From the NCBI GenBank assembly GCA_963717115.1, contig CAVQVO010000002.1, forward strand, positions 640,497 through 704,496: a DNA stretch of 64,000 bases, written 5' to 3'. A program made the translations under genes and the position numbers. Source of the DNA: an uncultured Acidimicrobiales bacterium. GTDB taxonomy: Bacteria; Actinomycetota; Acidimicrobiia; Acidimicrobiales; SZUA-35. This document shows, in pieces, positions 57,653-64,000 of this stretch (the stretch's first letter is position 1; each line of letters begins with the position of its first letter). Below the pieces are notes generated by a model that saw only the letters and a list, made by a program, of their open reading frames with translations, had not been told where the DNA came from and searched no databases.

Positions 57653-58936
57653 TCACTCGTCCTCGTCGGGCTCGCGGTCGCTGGCCCGGATGAGGACCTC
57701 CCCGATGCTGTGGCGAACGATGGTCCGGATCTCGATGTCCCAGCCGTCGATGGGCAGCGACTCACCGGCGGTCGGCAGCCGTCCGAGGTGTTCGAGGACC
57801 AGACCGGCGACGGTGGCGTAGTCCCCCTCGGGCAGGTCGATGTCGAGGTCGATGAGATCGTGGACCGGGAACTTGCCGGGAAGGACCACGCTGCCGTCGT
57901 CGTTGCGAACGACGGTGTCGAGATCGACGTCGGTCTCGTCGTAGATCTCCCCGACGAGTTCCTCGACGAAGTCCTCGACGGTCACCAGGCCCGACGGCTC
58001 CCCCGTGCTCGTTGACCACCAGGGCCATCTGGGTTCGGCGCTGCTGCAGGTCGCGCAGCGCGCTGAGGACGTGCGCGGCGTCGGGGAAGACGGGGAGCTC
58101 GCTCGCCGCCGCTCCGACCGGCTCGTCGTCGCGGTCGACCAGATCGCGGAGATGGACGAAACCGACCGTCCGGTCGAGATTGGCGTTCTCGGCAACGGGG
58201 GCTCGCGAGAACCCCGAGGCCTTCAAGACGTCGAGGGCGTCGCCGACAGCTCAGCTCGGCATCGAGGACCAGGACGTCGGACCCCGGCACCATCACCTGG
58301 TCGAGTCGGCGCTCGGCCACCTCGAAGGCCCCGTCCATGATGCGACGCTGTTCCTCGGGTGAGCGTCTCGTGGAGCGCGACCATGTCGCGCAACTCCTCC
58401 TCGGTGATCTCCTCACGCTGCACCGATCGGATCGGCGCCCATCAGCCGGACGGCGAGATCGGTGGAGTGTGACAGCATCCACACGATCGGGCCGGGTGAG
58501 CTCGCGAGGCCACGTCGAGCGGTCGGGCCATGAGCAGGCCCCACTTCTCGGCCCGCTGCATCGCCACCCGCTTCGGGGCCAGTTCACCGAAGACGAGGGT
58601 GAAGTACGACAGCACCAGCGTGACCACCACGATCGAGGTGGGACGGGCGGCACCCCCGAGGAACCCGAGCGGTTCTTCGAGCGGCTCGGCCAGCGAGACG
58701 GCGGCGGCCGCCGAGGCCAGGAACCCGGCGAGGGTGATCCCGATCTGGATGGTGGCCAGGAACTGGTTGGGCTGGCGCGCCAACCTCGCCAGGATGGCCC
58801 CGGTCGACGACCGCTGCTCGAGGCGCTGCAGTTGGCTCTCGCGCAACGACACCAGGGCGAGCTCGGTTCCGGCAAAGGCGGCGTTGACGATGACGAGCAC
58901 GGTCACGAGGATGAGTTGGGGCCACACGTCGCTCAT
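57653..58936 (-). pseudogene. CNNM/CorC/HlyC-type membrane protein (DUF21 TM domain, CBS pair and CorC_HlyC domain); six +1 frame disruptions
   Basis: The protein reads through frame hops at about 58500, 58490, 58422, 58359, 58249 and 58002. The segments in order are listed below.
- MSDVWPQLILVTVLVIVNAAFAGTELALVSL...GELAPKRVAMQRAEKWGLLMARPLDVASR
- LTRP
- IVWMLSHSTDLAVRLMGADPIG
- VQREEITEEELRDMVALHETL
- PEEQRRIMDGAFEVAERRLDQVMVPGSDVLVLDAEL
- VGDALDVLKASGFSRAPV...ALVVNEHG
- EPSGLVTVEDFVEELVGEIYDE...IRASDREPDEDE

The span is 1284 nt. Subtracting 6 gives 1278, which is 426 codons. Confidence 0.85.
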
Positions 58937-59014
58937 CGGGGCTGGCGGGCCCCGGGGACGGGCTCCGATGGGTTGATCATCCGGTGAGTTTCGCACAGGA
59001 TCGGCGAAACCGGC

Positions 59015-59347
59015 TCAATCCTGGTGGCCCGAGCGGAGTCCGAGGGATTCGATCGCCGCCTGCGCCGTGTCGACATCGACCAGTTCGATCCAGCGTTCGG
59101 ACACCGCCAGCCCGGCGGCGCGACGGGCGAGCGTCGCCGCAGCACCATCGGCCGTCGTTCCCTGGTGCATGTCGAGGAGGAGGATCAGGTCCCAGTCGCC
59201 GACGTTGGTCAGCCACATTCCCTCGATCGAGCCACCGGCTTCGTGCACCAGGTGTTGGAGGTAGTCACGCCTGGCGGCCGGTCCGTCCCGCACCATCTTG
59301 GCGGCCTCCTCCGCCGAGACCTTCACCATTCCGAGGAACCGTGCCAT
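59015..59347 (-). CDS. GYD domain-containing protein
   Basis: This is a 110-aa ORF. The sequence MARFLGMVKVSAEEAAKMVRDGPAARRDYLQHLVHEAGGSIEGMWLTNVGDWDLILLLD is typical of GYD-family small proteins. Confidence 0.78.
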   Translation of the reverse strand: MARFLGMVKVSAEEAAKMVRDGPAARRDYLQHLVHEAGGSIEGMWLTNVGDWDLILLLDMHQGTTADGAAATLARRAAGLAVSERWIELVDVDTAQAAIESLGLRSGHQD

Positions 59348-59482
59348 GGAGGACCCTTTCGTTCGACGACACCGATCAGCCTGATCCGACTACGGTTCGT
59401 CGGACAGGGCCGGAAGTCCGTCGACCAGGACCGGGCCCGAAGGCCCTATCCGCGACCGCCCTCTCCGGCCCAGGATCGAACC

Positions 59483-59794
59483 ATGAGCAAGCGCAACGAA
59501 GCGTCCGACCCGGAGACGCCCTGGGAGTTCCTCCCCGGCGATGACGACGTCGACTCCTACGCCGACGAGCGGCTCCCCGCCGAGGAGTCGGCGATGCACC
59601 TCGAGACCGAACGACCACGGCGATCCCGGCGATCCCGCCGACGGGTGTCCGCCGACGACGCCGTGGTCGTGCACTACCTCGACGACGAGGAACCCGAGGT
59701 CCCCGACCGCTCCGTTCGCCGCTCGAGCAACGAGACCACGGCCGAGGTCGAGGAGCTGCTCATCCGGCAGCACTACCTGCCGGCCGACGAGTAG
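59483..59794 (+). CDS. small highly acidic protein (possibly DUF5709-like)
   Basis: This is the in-frame part of ORF 59024..59794 starting at MSKRNEASDPETPWEFLPGDDD. It contains AEESAMHLE and EELLIRQHYL segments. The family call is tentative. Confidence 0.5.
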   Translation: MSKRNEASDPETPWEFLPGDDDVDSYADERLPAEESAMHLETERPRRSRRSRRRVSADDAVVVHYLDDEEPEVPDRSVRRSSNETTAEVEELLIRQHYLPADE

Positions 59795-59830
59795 GTCCAC
59801 CGACCCGGCCGCTCGGTCTCCCCGGCAACC

Positions 59831-60979
59831 TCAGTAGCGCAGAACGGCGGCGACCGGCCCTCCGCCGGGCACGTCGGCCAGTGGTACGGCACGGACCCGA
59901 CCGCCGTGCCGGATCGTCTGGGCCGCTGCGTGGTCGAAGAGTTCGACGTCGCCGGGTTGGCGCTGGTCGTGGTCGATCACCACGCGCTCGATCGGATCGA
60001 GGCGGCCCCAGCGCAGGCAATCGAGCGGGATCGTGAGGGACTCGACCCGGCCGTCGAGGGCGGCAACGAGCACCTCGTCGAGACGGTCGGCGACCGGTAC
60101 CGTCCCGCTGCCGAAGCGCTCGGCGTCCCGGTCGGCCTCCCGATCGAACACCGGCCGGACCAACGGCCAGCCTGCGTCCGCCAGGTCACGGGCCGACCGG
60201 TGGTCGGCACTGCCCGCCACCACATCGGGAACCAGGTTCTCGAGACGGCTGATGGCCCGATAGGTGTCGAGCAGCCGTCGCTCGCCGGCCAGCACCGTCG
60301 GGGCCGTCGACGGGCCGACGAGCTGCCGGACGTGATGGTCGACGATGCGGCAGAACCGCTCGGTCTCTTCGTGCGCGGCGTCATCGGTCGAGCCCTGCCC
60401 GTGGAAGGCGGCCGTGGTGCGACCGCCGCCGACCCGACCGGCGGCGTGGCTCTGCAGTTGAGCCTCCCGGTCGTCGAGCCGGAGGGCCTCCTCGAGCGAC
60501 CGCGGCGTGTCGCCCAGATCGACGTCGTCGAGCTGCACCCGGTTGCCGTGCAACAGGCGCACGTCATTGCGGCTGAGCGCCAGGACCCAGAACTCGTTGC
60601 CGACCGCCACCGCCGACAGCAGAGGCGCGAACCGGAACGAGTCGGCAACCATGACGAACTCGTCGACGGGTTCGGCCAACCGGAAGGTCTGCATGCCGTC
60701 GGCGTCGACCAGGACCACGAGGCCACGGTCGAGGCCGGTCCAGAACTCGTCATCGGCCCCCAGCGCCCGGGCCGGCGCCAACAGCCGATCGGCGACGGTG
60801 CGATCCGACCCCAGCGCGAGGAGCTCTCGCGTGGCCTCGGTCAGGAGATTCTTCAGCCGGATCGTGTCCTGTGCTCGATCGAGACCGGCCGGATGCGTGG
60901 GCATGGTGATCGTCACCCGGTGTCCCGGGCCCGGCATGGCGAGCTGACGAAGCTGATCGGAGGTGAGGAGATCGAGCAC
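59831..60979 (-). CDS. bacterial eRF1/Pelota-like protein (baeRF-type), function unknown
   Basis: This is a 382-aa intact ORF starting at GTG 60979. The central segment AAFHGQGSTDD resembles the eRF1 GGQ-loop region. The C-terminal ...GGPVAAVLRY ending matches what I recall for baeRF/host-attachment-like families. The gene call is solid (about 0.85) but the family call is weak. Confidence 0.5.
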   Translation of the reverse strand: MLDLLTSDQLRQLAMPGPGHRVTITMPTHPAGLDRAQDTIRLKNLLTEATRELLALGSDRTVADRLLAPARALGADDEFWTGLDRGLVVLVDADGMQTFRLAEPVDEFVMVADSFRFAPLLSAVAVGNEFWVLALSRNDVRLLHGNRVQLDDVDLGDTPRSLEEALRLDDREAQLQSHAAGRVGGGRTTAAFHGQGSTDDAAHEETERFCRIVDHHVRQLVGPSTAPTVLAGERRLLDTYRAISRLENLVPDVVAGSADHRSARDLADAGWPLVRPVFDREADRDAERFGSGTVPVADRLDEVLVAALDGRVESLTIPLDCLRWGRLDPIERVVIDHDQRQPGDVELFDHAAAQTIRHGGRVRAVPLADVPGGGPVAAVLRY

Positions 60980-61135
60980 GGTGCGCTCCTGGCTGTTGAT
61001 CGTTGCCGGCAGTGTCGCCGAACCAATTCAACGGCATGGTCGAGCACGATCAACCGGGGATCAACCCCGCCGCCCGGCGCGCGATGGGGACCTTCGACCC
61101 TTCGCCCCGCGTGCGACCACCACGATGCTGGGGTC

Positions 61136-62044
61136 GTGACCACCGGCTCGCACTCGGGTTCGTCCGAGCACTGGGGAATCGTGGTCGGGGTCGACGGTTC
61201 CCCCGGATCACGCCAGGCCCTGCGCTGGGCCGTGGCCAACGTGGACCGATTCGGCCCGGTGCGCCCGGTGACGACGTGGCGCTATCCGTGGTGGCTGGTG
61301 CCGCATCCGTTCCCCCCGCCCGGCATCGCCCCTCCGGGCACCGAGTTCCAGTCGCTCACCGAGGGTCAGGTCGAGCGGGAGCTCGCCACCATGGGCGTGG
61401 CCGACCACGCTGCGCCCGTGGTCGTACGGGGCCACGCAGGCCCGGCCCTGGTGGAGGCCGGTGCCGATGCCAACCTGATCGTGGTCGGCACCCGGGGCCA
61501 CGGCGCCGCGCTCGACACCCTGCTCGGATCGGTGAGCAACCACGTGGTGTCCCGTGCCTCGGTCCCGGTGGCCGTGATTCCCCCGACGGCCGACGTCGAG
61601 CACCGAGCGACCCGGGTCGTGGTGGGCGTCGACGGGTCACCGGGCTCGGTGGCGGCGTTGGCGTGGGCGATTCGTTCGACTCCCGATGACGTCGCGATCG
61701 AGGCGGTCCACGTCTGGTACGACAGTTTCGGGACGCTGCCGCCGGAGGATTCGGTGGAGCTGCTCGAGGTCGAGGCCCGGCAACGCCTCGACCGTGCCGT
61801 GGTCGAGGCGACCCTGGCGGCGGGAGGCACTCGGCACGCCATCGTGCACCGCCTCGAACGGGGCGACGCCCGCACGGTGCTGCGAACCGATCTCGCCGGC
61901 GAGGGCGAATCGGTCGCCGACCTGCTCGTCGTCGGCGCCCAGGGCCACCGTGGGGTGGCCTGGCTGCTCCTCGGATCGACGACCACCGGGCTCGTCCACC
62001 AGCCGCTGGCGGCCACCGTCGTGGTTCCGGCACCTCGCCGCTGA
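61136..62044 (+). CDS. tandem universal stress protein (2 x UspA domain)
   Basis: Two repeats are present of VVGVDGSPGS...LIVVGTRGHGA...LGSVS..V...A.VPVAVI. The GTG start at 61136 is inferred. Confidence 0.87.
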   Translation: MTTGSHSGSSEHWGIVVGVDGSPGSRQALRWAVANVDRFGPVRPVTTWRYPWWLVPHPFPPPGIAPPGTEFQSLTEGQVERELATMGVADHAAPVVVRGHAGPALVEAGADANLIVVGTRGHGAALDTLLGSVSNHVVSRASVPVAVIPPTADVEHRATRVVVGVDGSPGSVAALAWAIRSTPDDVAIEAVHVWYDSFGTLPPEDSVELLEVEARQRLDRAVVEATLAAGGTRHAIVHRLERGDARTVLRTDLAGEGESVADLLVVGAQGHRGVAWLLLGSTTTGLVHQPLAATVVVPAPRR

Positions 62045-62054
62045 CACCCGACGC

Positions 62055-63839
62055 TCACGTGCCGGTGGCCAGCCGGAACTCTCGCGAATCCGAGAAGGCC
62101 AACAGCACCTCACCCCGTCCGGCACGACCCGTGGTGAGCAGGCTCGACCAGTAGGCGAGCCCCGCATCGTCGGCCTCGCGGCCCAAGGTGGTGCCATAGA
62201 GCAGCGCAACGAACTCGGTGGCGGTGGTGTCGCCGTAGCGAGCGACGAACTCGGGAGAGCGGGCGAAGGCCGTTGCGGTCGGGACGAGGGTGCTGCCCGC
62301 CCGATGGATCGCCAACCAGTAGGCGAATCCCTCGGGATCGGGATAGCGAACGAACGTTGCACAGTAGAGCCGGTAGATCGATCCCTCGGTCGGTCGACCG
62401 GTTTGGTAGAGATCGGGCGCCGGCCCGATCCGACAGTCGCCCGTGCCGGAGCTGGCGATCCGGAATTCCGCCGACTCCGAGAACGAGAGCAGGGTCTGCC
62501 CCCTCGAGATGCGTTCGGCGTCGAGCCCGGCCACCCAGAACTCGAGACCCTCGTCATCGGGATCGCGTGCCAGGACGTTGCGGTACAGCAGGACGACGAA
62601 CTCGTCGTTCGTGGTCGACCCGTATCTCCCGAGGAACTCCGGTGAGCCGACGACGAGGTCGGCGATGTCCTCGAGCCGGCCGCCCGATGCCGCGGTGGTC
62701 AACCAGAACGAGAAACCCTGGTCATCGGGGTACCGCAGATACGCCGCACAGTAGAGACGGTAGACCTGCGCCTTGACGAGGAAGTGCCGGGTGTCGAACC
62801 GTCCGGGTGCCGGACCACGACGGCAGTCACCGGTTCCGGTCGGCGGCGCCTCGGTCCACGTCCGGAGCTCGGGCCGGCCGTCGACGAGTCGGAGCTCGAC
62901 AACGCGGGCGAGCCGGGGTTCGGGATACCCGGCGCGCCCGGGATCGTAGGCATGGAACGCCATCAGCCAGGTTCCGTCGGAGCGCCGAGCGGAACTGGCT
63001 CCACCGGGACCGGCAAGCGTGGCGCCCGTCTGCAACAGCGGGCCGTCCTCCGACCCAACGCACGGGCCCGAGGGACCTGCACACCGAGCGCTCACGGTTG
63101 CGTAGTCGGGCCCCGCCCAATCACCCGTCGAATAGAGGAGGAGATAGCGGCCGTCGATCCAGGCCATCGACGGATTCTCGATGACCGGCGAGCTCCCGAA
63201 CCGCTCGAGTGCGACGGCGGTCGGAACCCCGTCGAGCCGACCGCCGGCGTCGAGGCGCGCCGTCCAAAACCGGCAGGAGCAGCCGATCCGGTTCCCGTCG
63301 GACTTCCAGATCAACCACCAGTCGCCGAACTCGTCCTGGAACGGTTGGGCATCGATCGAGCCGCCGTCGTCGATCTGGCAGATCATGGCCGCCGGCGAGG
63401 AGTCGACGAAGGGACCCTCCGGAAGCTCGGCCGTGGCCATGCCGAGACATTGGCGATCCGAGGCTCGATCCGTTGCGGTGTAGTACAGCACGAAGCGATC
63501 CCCGATCCTGGCGACCCCGGGGGCCCAGGTCAGGCCGGGACGGGCCCACGTTCCGAGCGTGGGAAGGGCGTCGCCCCGATGACCGAATCCCCAGGATGTG
63601 CTTTGCCAGACCGGCACGTTCCCCAGGTATGGCGTGTTGGTCGTGTAGATCCAGACCTCGTCGTCGGAGACGAGGATGCCAGGGTCGGGGGCGTCCCACG
63701 ACGGATCGACGGTGACGACCAGATCGTCGGCTGCGACCGGTGTCGCCGAGATGGCGATCACCGCGACCCATCCGGCGAGCGTGAGTGCGAGGACGACGAC
63801 GACGCGCCGGAATCGCTCGAGTCGGCGGGCCTGACTCAT
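62055..63839 (-). CDS. secreted GH43-like beta-propeller protein with two C-terminal DUF4214 repeats
   Basis: A signal/TM segment is present (RRVVVVLALTLAGWVAVIAISA). The N-terminal half has propeller-like motifs (PSMAWIDGRYLLLYS, WLMAFHAY). Two DUF4214-type units follow, of the form YRLYCA.F.RYPD..GF.FW......G......A......SPEF...YG.....EFV..LY..(V)L.R..DD.GL.(F/Y)W. The GH43 assignment is moderate. Confidence 0.75.
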   Translation of the reverse strand: MSQARRLERFRRVVVVLALTLAGWVAVIAISATPVAADDLVVTVDPSWDAPDPGILVSDDEVWIYTTNTPYLGNVPVWQSTSWGFGHRGDALPTLGTWARPGLTWAPGVARIGDRFVLYYTATDRASDRQCLGMATAELPEGPFVDSSPAAMICQIDDGGSIDAQPFQDEFGDWWLIWKSDGNRIGCSCRFWTARLDAGGRLDGVPTAVALERFGSSPVIENPSMAWIDGRYLLLYSTGDWAGPDYATVSARCAGPSGPCVGSEDGPLLQTGATLAGPGGASSARRSDGTWLMAFHAYDPGRAGYPEPRLARVVELRLVDGRPELRTWTEAPPTGTGDCRRGPAPGRFDTRHFLVKAQVYRLYCAAYLRYPDDQGFSFWLTTAASGGRLEDIADLVVGSPEFLGRYGSTTNDEFVVLLYRNVLARDPDDEGLEFWVAGLDAERISRGQTLLSFSESAEFRIASSGTGDCRIGPAPDLYQTGRPTEGSIYRLYCATFVRYPDPEGFAYWLAIHRAGSTLVPTATAFARSPEFVARYGDTTATEFVALLYGTTLGREADDAGLAYWSSLLTTGRAGRGEVLLAFSDSREFRLATGT

Positions 63840-63867
63840 GCCGGCGTCGTGGTGTCTGGAGATCGGC

Positions 63868-64000
63868 TCAGATGCCCATGCCGCTCAGGAAGTAGGCGAC
63901 GTCGTTGACGGCCTTGGTGAGGCTGGGATGATCGGTCTCGAAGCGGCGGACGGCATCGCGGAGGCCCCCGAGCAGTTCGTCGTCATCGTCGACCTCCTCA
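63868..64000 (-). CDS. C-terminal fragment of a small hypothetical protein (possibly DUF4404-like), runs off the right edge
   Basis: My minus-strand translation is ...EEVDDDDELLGGLRDAVRRFETDHPSLTKAVNDVAYFLSGMGI, with the stop codon at 63868-63870. It is not in the ORF track because it is edge-truncated. Confidence 0.45.
   Translation of the reverse strand, partial: EEVDDDDELLGGLRDAVRRFETDHPSLTKAVNDVAYFLSGMGI

Noticed and set aside
12809-58936. Programmed ribosomal frameshifting as the explanation for the frame hops.
   Set aside because: Up to six shifts occur per gene. There is no shared slippery heptamer or downstream structure, and the sites are heterogeneous. Consensus error or mutation is far more plausible.
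1-64000. Mobile elements, prophage remnants, toxin-antitoxin pairs or known defence systems.
   Set aside because: I saw no integrase, transposase, recombinase, phage structural or nuclease/ATPase defence-type ORFs. I also saw no terminal inverted repeats flanking any block, and no tRNA that could act as an integration site.

Overview
This is a very GC-rich, actinobacterium-like chromosomal window. Supporting signs are an LPXTG sortase substrate, Hanks-type kinases with FHA and PP2C partners, a GTP-type PEPCK, and many TANNNT boxes 6-8 nt upstream of start codons. I can support about 60 protein genes and one FMN riboswitch. I found no rRNA, tRNA, CRISPR array, integrase or transposase.

Gene content by region:
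- 1-32 kb is a catabolic island. It holds three cytochrome P450 operons (one with its own ferredoxin), four acyl-CoA-dehydrogenase-fold genes and two glutamine-synthetase-like ligases. It also holds two amidotransferase-type hydrolases, two aldehyde dehydrogenases, FAH, acetoacetate-decarboxylase-like, LigB-type dioxygenase and NicX-like genes, a Liv-type ABC importer, and MarR/TetR/GntR regulators.
- 32.7-35.5 kb holds nagB-nagA and an LPXTG surface protein.
- 36-45.6 kb is a same-strand, translationally coupled cluster: receptor Ser/Thr kinase, two-Rossmann flavoprotein, small membrane protein, TauE-like exporter, second kinase, zinc-ribbon/FHA protein and a single-pass protein. It faces a GAF-PAS-GAF-PP2C phosphatase. 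This is my best candidate for an undescribed system.
- 45.8-64 kb holds pckG, the FMN riboswitch with ribD-ribE-ribBA-ribH, MarR-MFS, a crotonase, plsC, a GH65 phosphorylase, a CNNM/CorC-type gene, GYD, an eRF1-like (baeRF-type) protein, a tandem USP, and a secreted GH43-like protein with two DUF4214 repeats.

Two signals are not gene features:
- A 20-bp AT-rich palindrome (consensus ATCGTTTGGATCCAAACGAT) recurs at three promoters.
- About 21 single-nucleotide frame disruptions, nearly all +1, fall in four blocks while the surrounding genes are intact.

All family calls come from reading the supplied translations. No database search was run.
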